64,000 nucleotides of DNA from Candidatus Latescibacterota bacterium (lineage in GTDB: Bacteria > Latescibacterota > UBA2968), in the NCBI GenBank assembly GCA_965222605.1, contig OZ244960.1:832001-896000 (forward strand), in the 5' to 3' direction. The notes below the pieces were generated by a model. The model saw only the letters and a program-made list of their open reading frames with translations. It made no database searches and had not been told where the DNA came from. The translations under genes were made by a program, and so were the position numbers. The first letter of the stretch is position 1, and every line of letters begins with the position of its first letter. Positions 38,788 through 49,134 of the stretch are shown piece after piece.

Positions 38788-39798
38788 TTACCCAAGATGA
38801 ACATTGCTATCCCGCCACTCAGAAAGCGGAGGCAAGATCCCGTCGTCAATAGTCTGGTCTCGCAACGCGGTCAGATGGGTGTAGGATTCACGCAGGGCAT
38901 TGATATCGTCTTCGGTGCCTTCGGGCATGGACCAGCTCACGCCCGACGCAGACAGGGTCGCAGGCATAGCCATCATGATATTGTCAAATCCCTCGGCATT
39001 GAGATATGCACCACAGGGCCAAGAATATGACTCCCCCAGAACGCCGCGCAGCATAAAAACACTTTGTTGTGCCGGCGATTGAAACGAAGAACGCCCCCGC
39101 AGATCGATAATGCGAGCACCGCCCCCGCGTACGTGTTCTTGGACACCTGCCCATTCATCGGCACTCATACCAACGCCATTGACCGTTTCTCCAGCGAGAA
39201 TATCCGTGAGGGGCGTGCCGTCAATCTGAATACCACCGATAAACACGGCCATCTGTTCGCCGTGCCCTCCGTACGTGCGGCAACCGGTGACTTTGCTTTG
39301 CAAAATACCAAAGTGTTGTGCCAGTCGGGTTTGCAAGCGCGTGCTATCGAGCGCGGCGAGGGTGGTCACGCGACCGGGTTCGAGGCCCGAATGTACCAGC
39401 GTGGTCAGCCCCGTGATATCGGCGGGATTAAAAATAATGACGACAAATTTGCAGTTTGGACAATACTGTTTGATATCGAGACCGAGTTCTTTGGCAATTT
39501 CCGCATTGTCGCGCCGCAAGTCTTCGCGGGTCATGCCCTCTTTGCGCGGCGCGCCCCCCGAACTGATAACATAAGATGCGCCTTCAAGTGCTTCGGCAAC
39601 ATCGGTTGTCCACGTCACATCGGCATTGGGAAAACCGCAGTGATAGACCTCCTCGGCCGCACCTTCAAGCCCCGGCGCAAAAGGATCGTACATAGCCACC
39701 CGAGACGCCGTGCCCGAAGACAGGAGCGTTTGCGCAAGGTTGGAACCAATGGCGCCTGCTGCGCCCATTACGGCAACTTTTTCATCTGTCAGATACAT
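38788..39798 (-). CDS. mdh: NAD-dependent malate dehydrogenase
   Basis: GAAGAIG, GGAPRKEGMTREDL, FNPAD, LDSTR, GGHGE. Confidence 0.88.
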   Translation of the reverse strand: MYLTDEKVAVMGAAGAIGSNLAQTLLSSGTASRVAMYDPFAPGLEGAAEEVYHCGFPNADVTWTTDVAEALEGASYVISSGGAPRKEGMTREDLRRDNAEIAKELGLDIKQYCPNCKFVVIIFNPADITGLTTLVHSGLEPGRVTTLAALDSTRLQTRLAQHFGILQSKVTGCRTYGGHGEQMAVFIGGIQIDGTPLTDILAGETVNGVGMSADEWAGVQEHVRGGGARIIDLRGRSSFQSPAQQSVFMLRGVLGESYSWPCGAYLNAEGFDNIMMAMPATLSASGVSWSMPEGTEDDINALRESYTHLTALRDQTIDDGILPPLSEWRDSNVHLG

Positions 39799-39827
39799 CG
39801 ATAATCCTCTTTCATGTGATGGACTTA

Positions 39828-39857
39828 GAAAACCCCGCACTTTGGCACGGGGTTTTC
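39828..39857. terminator. Hairpin/terminator between TPR gene and mdh
   Basis: GAAAACCCCG-10 nt-CGGGGTTTTC. Confidence 0.6.
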
Positions 39858-39914
39858 GGATTTGAATTATTTGTCTAAATACCCACTGTGGTGAGCCGAG
39901 ATGCGATGGATCAT

Positions 39915-41102
39915 TTACTCTGGCTTCTGACTCTGAAGGGCTTCGTACATCTGAAATGCTTCGGTTGCTTTTTTTACACACTCCGCCGCAACATCACCTT
40001 CCGAGGTTTCGGACTTGCGCGCATAAGCGCGAGACAATGCCGCCCATGCTCTGGCATTACTCGCTTGCAGTTCGGTTACTTTTGTAAAAGCTTCAATAGC
40101 CTTGTCGTAAGATTCTATTTTGTCTGCGAGCAGACCAAGTTGGTACCACGAATCGACATCGGTTGGATTCGCTTCAACGCTTTTTCCAAACAGATCGAGT
40201 GCTTTATCGCCTTTGTCGAGTTGCTTATACGCGATAGCGAGGTTGAACAACGCGTCCATATTATCGGGTTGTATCTCGACCACTTTTTCGAGAATTTTGG
40301 CGGACTTTTCGTAGTTCTCAGCCTGTAAATAAATGCTTGCGGCAATATTCAAAATTTTTGGATCATCACCGGCGATAGCCAGTGCTTTTTCCGCTGATTC
40401 CGCCGCACCTTCTTTGTCGCCCAGTCGATATTGGGCAATCGCCATGTGCTGCAAAATATTGATTTCTTCGGGATCAATCGCGTGGCCTTTTTTTAACATA
40501 TCAAGTGCTTCTTCAACCCGTTCGACATTCATAAGCGCGCCGCCCAGATTGAAAAAAGACTCGGCTTTTTTGGGATTGAGTTCAACTGCTTTCTGGTACA
40601 TCTCAATACCTGCTTCTGAATTGCCCGTATTGAGATGCGTAATAGCCAATCCCTCATAAGCGTCGGCTTCATTGGGGTTAATCGTAATGGCGAGATCGAA
40701 TTGCTCCATTGCAAAGTCAAACCTTTGGGCATTCATCCCCTTGACGGCCATGTTGTAATACCGCGTCCAGAGTTCTTTGCGATCGCTATCGACTTTCTTT
40801 TTCCACTTTTTGTCTGTTGCCAGATTATAGTGCTCATTCATCTCTTCAAAAAGCTCTTTCTGGCTGTATAGCCAACCCAAATGATACTGGACCTCGGAAT
40901 CGTCGGGGCGTCCTTCCGCCGCGATTATATACTGCTCCATTGCCTTATCGTATTGGCGCTGGTTGATATACAATTTGCCCGAGCGTTTGGCTACAGAAGC
41001 CTGCCCTTTGGTCACTTCTGCCTCAGTGGACTGTACGAACAGTGGCGTCGCAGCAAAGGCCAGTGCAAAGGCAACAATAAGTCCGCGTTTACAAAATGTC
41101 AT
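39915..41102 (-). CDS. Secreted TPR-repeat protein
   Basis: Signal peptide; repeated A...NP/QP ... NLG/NLA TPR units. Confidence 0.85.
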   Translation of the reverse strand: MTFCKRGLIVAFALAFAATPLFVQSTEAEVTKGQASVAKRSGKLYINQRQYDKAMEQYIIAAEGRPDDSEVQYHLGWLYSQKELFEEMNEHYNLATDKKWKKKVDSDRKELWTRYYNMAVKGMNAQRFDFAMEQFDLAITINPNEADAYEGLAITHLNTGNSEAGIEMYQKAVELNPKKAESFFNLGGALMNVERVEEALDMLKKGHAIDPEEINILQHMAIAQYRLGDKEGAAESAEKALAIAGDDPKILNIAASIYLQAENYEKSAKILEKVVEIQPDNMDALFNLAIAYKQLDKGDKALDLFGKSVEANPTDVDSWYQLGLLADKIESYDKAIEAFTKVTELQASNARAWAALSRAYARKSETSEGDVAAECVKKATEAFQMYEALQSQKPE

Positions 41103-41169
41103 GGAAATCTTCCTTTCTCAACGCAACCGGCGCGTTCCGGCAGCAGGTTAAATAACAATACACACCGCC

Positions 41170-41198
41170 AATATATGCAGTGAGCAAAATCCTGTCAA
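41170..41198 (-). promoter_or_regulatory. Sigma70-type promoter for TPR gene
   Basis: TTGACA-17 nt-TATATT on the minus strand. Confidence 0.6.
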
Positions 41199-41228
41199 GT
41201 CTCTGTGAACCACACGCCGCTATTGCCC

Positions 41229-41414
41229 TTATTGTTCCGAAAGAAGCGTGCCGCCTCTCGCCCAGTGATCGCGCGGGATCTCTTCAATAACGATCATTGT
41301 GCCATCGGCTTTGGCATCGCAAATATTGACCATCGCATCGGTAATAGCGCTGGCGAGTTCGCGTTTTTGCTCGTGCGTGCGGCCTTCGAGCATTTTGACA
41401 TTGATGAAAGGCAT
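41229..41414 (-). CDS. 4-oxalocrotonate tautomerase family protein
   Basis: Pro-1, EGRT.EQK, WARGG; AAGGAG RBS. Confidence 0.9.
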   Translation of the reverse strand: MPFINVKMLEGRTHEQKRELASAITDAMVNICDAKADGTMIVIEEIPRDHWARGGTLLSEQ

Positions 41415-41425
41415 GGTATCTCCTT

Positions 41426-42754
41426 TTAAAAAATAATGAGTTCTGGACTTTGCAACCTGGGTATTGCGGGTTTGGATGCGCCAAAGGAAAAAGCAATCGG
41501 CAAGCTAAAGCCGCGGATGGTACCCAGGGTTCTATTATTTTCGAGATCGACAATAAAGACCTGCAAATTGCCCGTTGTAGCAAAAGCGTCGAGTCTTTCG
41601 ACCCCGGCGACATACACGGTTTTACCGTCGGGTGTGAGGCCGATGCTGGCCACACTTTCACCGACAAAAATTTCGGCTGTCTGCTCCCAGGTCTGTGTAT
41701 CAATGACCACAATACCGCCCCAAAACGCAAGAACGGAATTGCCCAACGCATCAAAGCCCAAAAAGAGGCGACTGAGAGATGCGACAAGGCGCGTGCCATC
41801 GGCGGAAAGCGCGATATCGCGGATTTCAATACCCAGATCATTGGCCTGACCGAGCGAGAGGCTATCCGCAATCGCTTTGGTGCTGGTATTGACTTTGAGC
41901 ACGCGGCCCGCACGAGTGTTATTGAGATAAAGGGTTTGCCCATCGGGCGAGACAGCCAATCGACTGACGGTTTGGCCTACAGAGATGCTGTCGATCAGAG
42001 CTGGAATACCCGTATCAATAACAGACACAGCATTGGTAGCACTGCCGTGCCCAACGTAGAGGCGCGCGCCATCGGGTGAGATGGCAATACCACTGGGCGT
42101 GGGCGGAACATTGACGATATCCAGGGACTGCCCTGCAAGTACATCAAAGACTTCGACTGCCGCACCGGATTCTTCGGTCACATAAGCAAACTGGTGATTG
42201 GGTGAAAGCACAATGCGAAACCCGCCCCGACCGATGAATGGTTCGCCGGGCGCGATTGGCATTTCGAGTGAGAGTTGAAATTCGGGAGTTCCATCTTCAG
42301 TAAATGCGTGAAAGGTATCGGTAGCTGCCACATAAAGCCGCTTGTTAATATTGGAAAACGCGATACCCCGGGGAAAAGAGACGGCAAGCATTCGGCTGGG
42401 ATCGAGCAAATTGGTCGAGGTATCGATAACCTGGATACTGCCAATCAAATCGCTAATATAAAGAAAACGAGGCTCGGGTTCTGCGGGTGGAGTCGTCGGA
42501 CTTGAAGACCCGCCAAAAGCACTGACAAAAAGAAGAAAATCTGAAAAGTCGATTGTGCCATTGCCGTCGAGGTCGAGTTTTTCATTGAAATCAGCCTGTC
42601 CAGCGGACTTGCCAAAACCCTGAACAAACGTCAGAAAGTCAGTGAAATCAACGGTACCATTGCCATCAAAATCAGCCGACTTTGTTTCCTGGGCATCGAG
42701 CAATGGGGCAGCCAAAAGCAGTGTGAGGGATAACGCAATTGCGGTATATTTCAT
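41426..42754 (-). CDS. Secreted protein: dockerin/EF-hand-like pair plus YncE/YVTN beta-propeller
   Basis: Signal peptide; DFDGNGTVDFTDFL and DLDGNGTIDFSDFL; repeated SPDG..LYV blades. Confidence 0.82.
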   Translation of the reverse strand: MKYTAIALSLTLLLAAPLLDAQETKSADFDGNGTVDFTDFLTFVQGFGKSAGQADFNEKLDLDGNGTIDFSDFLLFVSAFGGSSSPTTPPAEPEPRFLYISDLIGSIQVIDTSTNLLDPSRMLAVSFPRGIAFSNINKRLYVAATDTFHAFTEDGTPEFQLSLEMPIAPGEPFIGRGGFRIVLSPNHQFAYVTEESGAAVEVFDVLAGQSLDIVNVPPTPSGIAISPDGARLYVGHGSATNAVSVIDTGIPALIDSISVGQTVSRLAVSPDGQTLYLNNTRAGRVLKVNTSTKAIADSLSLGQANDLGIEIRDIALSADGTRLVASLSRLFLGFDALGNSVLAFWGGIVVIDTQTWEQTAEIFVGESVASIGLTPDGKTVYVAGVERLDAFATTGNLQVFIVDLENNRTLGTIRGFSLPIAFSFGASKPAIPRLQSPELIIF

Positions 42755-42779
42755 AATATTTCCTTTTTTAAGAATACGT

Positions 42780-42808
42780 ATGATACATTTGACCGTTGAG
42801 GCTGTCAA
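42780..42808 (-). promoter_or_regulatory. Sigma70-type promoter
   Basis: TTGACA-17 nt-TATCAT on the minus strand. Confidence 0.6.
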
Positions 42809-42881
42809 TCTGATTTAATTACACTTTGGGACGCTTTCCATTCGCTTATAGTTCCAGGTTCCATATAAAATAGGAGATATT

Positions 42882-43667
42882 GTGTTACCTGATTACCCGA
42901 CGGTTTTTTGGATTTTGGCTACCATTTCTGTAATTTTTGTCGGTATAGCCAAAGCCGGATTTGGCGGGGGCGTTGGTATTTTGGCGACGCCACTTATGGC
43001 ACTCGTCATTCCCGTAGCAGATTCAGCGGCGATTTTGTTGCCACTTTTAATTGTTTGCGACGTATTTGCCATTGCACACTACCGCAAGCATTTTCATCGG
43101 CGCAGTGTAAAATTGCTCTTGCCCGGTGCTGCAATCGGGATCGGCATAGGAGCATTATTCTTTGGGTACTTCAGCACGAATGAGCGTGTGTTACAACTCG
43201 GTTTGGGGATTTTGAGTTTGTTCTTTGTAATATTCCAGGCTTTGCGCGCATTGATTACGGGCGCACTGGCAAAGCGGCAGCCACACAGTGCAGAAGGCGT
43301 TTTCATGGGCGTGGTATCGGGCTTTACGTCAACCATCGCACACGCAGGCGGTCCCCCCACAACCATCTATTTGCTTCCCCAACAATTGCCCCGCAACCTC
43401 TTTGTGGGAACGACTGTGATTCTTTTTGCCGCGATCAATCAGATGAAATTAATTCCCTACTTGGGATTGGATATTTTGCGGGCCGAACATCTCGTCGCAA
43501 TTGCGATTCTATCACCATTGAGTTATGCGGGCGTGAGATTGGGCATTTTTTTCAACAAGCGTTTTACAGACCGCTGGTTTAATCTAATAGTCTATTCAAT
43601 TCTATTTGTCGCTGGCGCACAGTTGATTCTGGGCCAAAATCTGATTCAGTTGTTAGGCATTGTGTAA
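42882..43667 (+). CDS. Sulfite exporter TauE/SafE family
   Basis: GIAKAGFGGG, SGFTSTIAHAGGPP, KLIPY. Confidence 0.88.
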   Translation: MLPDYPTVFWILATISVIFVGIAKAGFGGGVGILATPLMALVIPVADSAAILLPLLIVCDVFAIAHYRKHFHRRSVKLLLPGAAIGIGIGALFFGYFSTNERVLQLGLGILSLFFVIFQALRALITGALAKRQPHSAEGVFMGVVSGFTSTIAHAGGPPTTIYLLPQQLPRNLFVGTTVILFAAINQMKLIPYLGLDILRAEHLVAIAILSPLSYAGVRLGIFFNKRFTDRWFNLIVYSILFVAGAQLILGQNLIQLLGIV

Positions 43668-43749
43668 ACTGTAAAATTGCCCTATTTTTTAGAAATAAAG
43701 GGCTGGGGACTGGTGTGATCCTTTCACGTTTCACCTCTGGAGGTTAGCC

Positions 43750-44379
43750 ATGGCATCGCGCATCTGCTTTATACTGACCTGTCTCATCGTTTTTGCCGGA
43801 TGTTATACGCAGCTTCGGGCACCGCGCGTTCAGCAAAAACAACGCGCTGAATCCCCTGTCTCGCCTTCTGAGAGTTCTGTACAGCGGTTTGAATATTACT
43901 ATCACAATTATTGCAATCCATCTGAGTGGCGACCTCTGCGATTTTATGGTTCGTACAATCCATATCGCCCGTACAGTTCATATCGGCGATATCCCGTGTG
44001 GAATCGGCACCGTCTCATTTGGAAATATTCGTGTTGGGCAACGGTGTACGACCCCTGGTGGCGTGGATGGTCGCCGAGGATTTTGGTGCCTCATATTGTG
44101 TATGCCCCGGCAGTAAGACCTCGGATCGAAACGGATTGGAATGAAAAGCCCAATCTGCGCCCCCCCATCAGGCACACGGGCGTACGTGGCACACCCGCCT
44201 CAGCCAGCACAATTCGGAGTGGCAGCACCAAAACAGAGAGCACCCCCACAACACAGCAGACGGGAAACTCGCGCAGCACCAAAACACAATCATCAGAAAA
44301 ATCTGAAAAAAAAGAAGAAAAATCTGAAAAGCGCGAAGAAAAACGCTCAACACAGCGTCGCAGAGGGGAAATGAGATAA
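43750..44379 (+). CDS. Putative lipoprotein (Tyr/Trp/Arg-rich, low-complexity tail)
   Basis: GGAGG RBS; lipobox VFAG-C followed by YTQL. Confidence 0.65.
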   Translation: MASRICFILTCLIVFAGCYTQLRAPRVQQKQRAESPVSPSESSVQRFEYYYHNYCNPSEWRPLRFYGSYNPYRPYSSYRRYPVWNRHRLIWKYSCWATVYDPWWRGWSPRILVPHIVYAPAVRPRIETDWNEKPNLRPPIRHTGVRGTPASASTIRSGSTKTESTPTTQQTGNSRSTKTQSSEKSEKKEEKSEKREEKRSTQRRRGEMR

Positions 44380-45653
44380 TGCTAAACCATCTCTATATCT
44401 CGACATTTGTGCTTTGCGCCTTCGCCGCGTCTATCCATGCGCAAGAAGTCGTTCTCGATGGATTTTCCGGCATAGGTGCCCGCGCCATGGGCATGGGAGG
44501 TGCTTATATTTCCGTATCCGATGATTTTTCTGGCCTGTTCTGGAACCCCGCGGGATTGGCGCGAGCCGAGCGCGGAACCGTAAACTGGGGTGTTTCACAC
44601 GACCGCTTTCGCAACATATCACAATTTTTTGACCGCTCTTCTACTCTCGAATTGCGCAGTACGCGGATTGCATCCCTGGGCTTTGTTTATCCCGTCCCCG
44701 TATATCGCGGAAGTCTGGTCTTTGCCGCGGGCTTTGGGCGCAACCGAAATTTTGACGGGGGATTACAGATCAATGCCTATGATACCATCGCCAATTTTGA
44801 TAAAGCGGGATTTTCAGAAGACAAAGGTGCTCTCGGTGCGTGGACATTGGGGGCTGCAATTGATCTGATGCCGCGTTTGTCGGTGGGGATCTCATTGTTT
44901 CGCTGGGGAGGAACCAATCGTTTTTTGCAGGAATTGACCCTTGAAGATGTGCAGCGAGTACACGCCGACACCGTCCGCATTTTCCAGCGTTTTGAATCTG
45001 AGGAAAGCTATTCCGCATGGGGTGTGCAAGGCGGTATTCGGTATTGGCATCCCACGGGTTTTCAATTTGGCCTTGTGGCAGCAGCGACCACGCCCTTGCG
45101 CGTATCGGCTGAGCTGGCAGATGAATTTGAAGATGAGTTTGAAGACCGCACAGATACCTATCCACGCGAATCTTTTTCGGACGCATATGAAATTCGTCAA
45201 CCCCTGACTTTTGGGATGGGAATTGGATGGTCGTCGGGCGGATTGACGGTGAGCGGCGACGTGCATTACGGCGATTTGCAAGAAGTGACTTACGAGATTT
45301 CGCCACTAAATATTGCACCCAATGTCGATGATTTCCGGCGGCAATATCGCAGCGCAGCGCGATTGCATTTGGGATGTGAATATGCCATTTCGCGTTGGGG
45401 TATCGCGTTTAGAGGCGGATACTACCGCGACCCGGTTCGCTATGTGGGAGGCGGCAGTGTCCCAGAAATTCAAATTGAGACAGACCGCGATGCGTGGACA
45501 CTCGGTTTTGGCGCCGAATTGGAAAAGGCTGTAACCCTGGATTTTGCCGCTGTTATTGGCGGCTACAAAGCTATCGAAGGCAATCGCGCAGATCGCGTGC
45601 GTGCAGTGCGGGTGCTCGCGTCGGCGCGTTTTTATTTTCTCTCGGGACTTTAG
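44379..45653 (+). CDS. Outer-membrane beta-barrel, FadL/OmpP1-like
   Basis: Signal peptide; GIGARAMGMGGA...WNPAGL; alternating beta-strand pattern. Confidence 0.78.
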   Translation: MLNHLYISTFVLCAFAASIHAQEVVLDGFSGIGARAMGMGGAYISVSDDFSGLFWNPAGLARAERGTVNWGVSHDRFRNISQFFDRSSTLELRSTRIASLGFVYPVPVYRGSLVFAAGFGRNRNFDGGLQINAYDTIANFDKAGFSEDKGALGAWTLGAAIDLMPRLSVGISLFRWGGTNRFLQELTLEDVQRVHADTVRIFQRFESEESYSAWGVQGGIRYWHPTGFQFGLVAAATTPLRVSAELADEFEDEFEDRTDTYPRESFSDAYEIRQPLTFGMGIGWSSGGLTVSGDVHYGDLQEVTYEISPLNIAPNVDDFRRQYRSAARLHLGCEYAISRWGIAFRGGYYRDPVRYVGGGSVPEIQIETDRDAWTLGFGAELEKAVTLDFAAVIGGYKAIEGNRADRVRAVRVLASARFYFLSGL

Positions 45654-45678
45654 GATAAAATACAAAGGAGTTATCCGA

Positions 45679-46473
45679 ATGGGCCAGTATATTTCTAAAG
45701 CACAGTGGGCAACATTTGAAATGCAGGGATATCTTCACCTGGGCAATGTGATGGACGATGGGGAACTGGAGGCATTACAGCGGCGTATAGACGAAATCAT
45801 GCTGGGCACGGCGTCCATCGACTATGACCACGTGATGATGCAACTGGATTCCGACCCCGAGCACGGTGGAAAACCCGGCCCACAGAGCAAAGGGCATAAA
45901 TACGTAACCCTGGGGTATCGCAAAATTCAAAATTTGGAATTGGATTCCCACTTTCTCTCATTTTTGCAAAAACCGCAGTTTCGAGAAATCTGCGAACACA
46001 TCTATGAGAAAAATACGCCCATAGATTGTTTTCGGGCAATGTTTATGAACAAACCCGCGCACGATGGCACCCCGCTGGTGTGGCATCAGGACCGCTGGAC
46101 CGATCTAACCCTCGATCCCCAAATCACAATATGGACGGCTCTGGATCCCACATCAGTTGAGAACGGCTGTGTGAAAATTATTCCCAGATCGCATCGCCAG
46201 TTGATCAATCCCGAACACGGATCTGGATTTTTAACCGAAGAGCACATCGAGACTATTGTATCCCAATACGAGCCGATTGATTTGATATTAGAAGCCGGCG
46301 ACTCGGTTTTGCTCCACAACTGGATGCTGCACAGTTCGGATGTGAATACCACAGATATTGCGCGACGCGCATTCAGCGTGTGTTATATGCACGGTGATAC
46401 GCGCTCATTGCGCGGCAGCTCCTTCACCCGTGTCTTCGGCAAAGGCGCAGTGGTTCCCAAAGCCGTCGCGTAA
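45679..46473 (+). CDS. Phytanoyl-CoA dioxygenase family (PhyH) protein
   Basis: AAGGAG RBS; WHQD, ENGC, MLHSSDVN..RR. Confidence 0.88.
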   Translation: MGQYISKAQWATFEMQGYLHLGNVMDDGELEALQRRIDEIMLGTASIDYDHVMMQLDSDPEHGGKPGPQSKGHKYVTLGYRKIQNLELDSHFLSFLQKPQFREICEHIYEKNTPIDCFRAMFMNKPAHDGTPLVWHQDRWTDLTLDPQITIWTALDPTSVENGCVKIIPRSHRQLINPEHGSGFLTEEHIETIVSQYEPIDLILEAGDSVLLHNWMLHSSDVNTTDIARRAFSVCYMHGDTRSLRGSSFTRVFGKGAVVPKAVA

Positions 46474-46556
46474 TCCTGTATGTCAGACCCCATCGTTACA
46501 TGATCAATTCTGTGCGAAAATGGACAAGGCTCAAACTCGTAGATTAGGAGATCGTT

Positions 46557-47738
46557 ATGTACCGTATAGGACAGCCCGAAGTCAAGCGCGTGGAAAAACT
46601 CTTGGAAAGCGGTGAAATTTTTCGCTATGGCAAAGCCGGCGAATGCGATCAGTTTGAAGCAGATTGGGGAAAGCGATTGGGCGGTGTGCAGGCGCGGATG
46701 ACCACAAGCGGCACGGCATCGCTTTATTGCGCCCTCATTGGCCTGAAAGTGGGACCGGGCGATTCGGTCATTGTGCCATCGTGTACCTATATGGCGACCG
46801 CACTCGCCGTTGTTGCCGCAGGTGCCATGCCCATTATTGCCGAAGTAGATGAATCAATCACCCTCTCGCCCGAAGATGTCGAGCGAAAAATTGCCCCGCA
46901 CACAAAAGCCATCATTCCCGTGCATATGTGGGGATTGCCCTGTAATATGGACGCGTTGATGGACATTGCAGAAAAACGCGGGGTAAAAGTATTAGAAGAT
47001 GCGTGCCAGGCCGTGGGCGGTGGATACAAAGGGCGCGAACTCGGCTCCATCGGGCATGCCGGGGCATTCAGCTTTAACTATTTCAAAAATATGACCAGCG
47101 GCGAAGGCGGCGCGTTTGTCTCTGCCGATGAATCTGTGTTTCGTCGCGGATCAGTGGCCGCAGATTGCTGTTCTTATTACTGGAATCCCGACGAGCACCG
47201 TCCAGATGAACAATTTGCCGGATTGAATTTCAGAGCCACGGAAATCTCAGGCACCATTCTCAACGCACAACTCGAGCGCATAGACGAAATGCTGGATCGC
47301 ATGCGCGGCCACAAACGAACCCTGACAAAAGTGGGCGAAGACGCGGGCTTGACATCTATTACAAATAACTGTCTGGATTGCGAATGCGGCACCCATGTCG
47401 GCTTTATCTTTGATTCTGAAAAAAATGCACGCGCCTTTGCCGGGCAGATAAAGGAATCGACAGGACGCGCTTTTTTGCCCATCGATACCGGGCGACACGT
47501 TTACACGCGATGGGATCCCATTATGCGGAAGCAGGGCGCACACCATCCCGCGCTTGATCCGTTTCAGTTACCACAAAACAAAGCATTGAATATCGAATAC
47601 TCAATGGATATGTGCCCCAAATCGCTGGATATCTTGAGCCGCGCAGTACTCATTGGCATGCACCCGGACAACGACAAAGAAAAGATCGATGAACTTGCAG
47701 ACGCTATTCGGGCATCTGCACAGGTCGTTAAACAATAA
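46557..47738 (+). CDS. DegT/DnrJ/EryC1/StrS aminotransferase
   Basis: SGTASL, PVHMWG, EDACQA, FSFNYFK..GEGG. Confidence 0.9.
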   Translation: MYRIGQPEVKRVEKLLESGEIFRYGKAGECDQFEADWGKRLGGVQARMTTSGTASLYCALIGLKVGPGDSVIVPSCTYMATALAVVAAGAMPIIAEVDESITLSPEDVERKIAPHTKAIIPVHMWGLPCNMDALMDIAEKRGVKVLEDACQAVGGGYKGRELGSIGHAGAFSFNYFKNMTSGEGGAFVSADESVFRRGSVAADCCSYYWNPDEHRPDEQFAGLNFRATEISGTILNAQLERIDEMLDRMRGHKRTLTKVGEDAGLTSITNNCLDCECGTHVGFIFDSEKNARAFAGQIKESTGRAFLPIDTGRHVYTRWDPIMRKQGAHHPALDPFQLPQNKALNIEYSMDMCPKSLDILSRAVLIGMHPDNDKEKIDELADAIRASAQVVKQ

Positions 47739-47755
47739 AAAAAGGAGCTTTTGGC

Positions 47756-48379
47756 ATGAAAATGCAATGGATATTGATTTTAATTTTGACCCTTAGCAAC
47801 AGTGTATTGGCTGCGCCGAGTAAACCCGCACCTCGCAAACCCAAGGAAGGCCAAAACGAAGCCGCTATCCGCCACCATAAAGAAGGCTTGCGCCACCGGG
47901 ATGCAGCCTGGGTTTACGAAGAAAAAATGTCGGGCACAGAAGGCGAAGAACGAGAATCGTACGCGCGTTTTATTCAGGACCTGTACAATCGCGCACTGGG
48001 AGAATTTGCGAAAGCGACCGAGCAGGACTCAACCTATTATCAGGCATTTAGCAGTTTGGGATATGTCAAGCGCAAGACCGGGGATATGGACGGAGCAATG
48101 GCGGCGTACAATCGCGCTTTGACATTAAATCCAAACTACGCAGAAGCCATTGAATATCGCGCAGAAGCGTATTTGATCCTGGGACAGGTGGAAGAAATGA
48201 AAAAAGCTTATGGCGTATTGGCCGCACTGAATCGCCCTCACGCAGCGCGATTATTGACCTTTGTAACACAATGGACAGATGGCGCAACTGATGCAGATAT
48301 GGCGACCTCTTTGCGCGCGTGGGCGTCTGAACAAAAAGAAAAACTCGGCGAAGTAAAAACATTTGTTGAGAAGTGGTGA
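47756..48379 (+). CDS. Secreted TPR protein
   Basis: Signal peptide; YNRALTLNPNYAEAIEYRAEAYL. Confidence 0.75.
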   Translation: MKMQWILILILTLSNSVLAAPSKPAPRKPKEGQNEAAIRHHKEGLRHRDAAWVYEEKMSGTEGEERESYARFIQDLYNRALGEFAKATEQDSTYYQAFSSLGYVKRKTGDMDGAMAAYNRALTLNPNYAEAIEYRAEAYLILGQVEEMKKAYGVLAALNRPHAARLLTFVTQWTDGATDADMATSLRAWASEQKEKLGEVKTFVEKW

Positions 48380-48395
48380 TACGCCATCGTATTGT

Positions 48396-49103
48396 CTAAT
48401 AAAAAAAACTGGTAATCAAACCAATAAAACCACCAAAAACCCCGCCCCAAACAACCAGCCAGCCCAAATGTTTGTGAATCATATCCTGGACAATGGTCTT
48501 AACCATTTCGGGCGTCAACTCATTTAGACGCTGCATAACAATAGTATCAACCCTGTCAATCATTTCGTCCGTATGACTCGCGGTATTCAGCCCTCTCTGG
48601 ATAGCATCGAGAAATTTGGGTGAGGAGAGCAAGAGGCGAATTTCTATCTGAATTTTTTTAACAAAGGGATCTCTGAGAGGCTGCAATGCCGTTGCACCGC
48701 CGATCATATTGATCACGCTGCCAAAAGGAGAGGTCATAACAGCCTCCATCAGACGGCTGAAAATGCGGTCGCAGTCAACGGCCTCAATAACGGGATCGGC
48801 ATCGAATTTATCTGGAATTTTTTGCTCGGCGATAAATTTTTTAACATTTTCAGCGGTGAAAAACTGGTTCATAATCAAAGCGTGGATACCCGTCTTAAAT
48901 TCTTCAAACCGACTCGGCACAACACCCGAACCGTAGAGTCCCGGCACTTTCTCAAAAAGCATGTGAACCGCCAACCAGTTGGTCAGGGCACCCGAAGTTG
49001 CAAAAAGCCCAACCGCGAGCAAATGATCGGAATAAACAGGACTGACATAACCTGCTCCGATCACGCCGACCGCGAGCAGATTTGTCACAAGACTTTTATT
49101 CAT
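48396..49103 (-). CDS. DUF445 family membrane protein
   Basis: GALTNWLAVHMLF; HLGWLVVWGGVFGG. Confidence 0.85.
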   Translation of the reverse strand: MNKSLVTNLLAVGVIGAGYVSPVYSDHLLAVGLFATSGALTNWLAVHMLFEKVPGLYGSGVVPSRFEEFKTGIHALIMNQFFTAENVKKFIAEQKIPDKFDADPVIEAVDCDRIFSRLMEAVMTSPFGSVINMIGGATALQPLRDPFVKKIQIEIRLLLSSPKFLDAIQRGLNTASHTDEMIDRVDTIVMQRLNELTPEMVKTIVQDMIHKHLGWLVVWGGVFGGFIGLITSFFY

Positions 49104-49134
49104 ACTGAAGTCCTTAAAGGGGCGACAAAAAATA

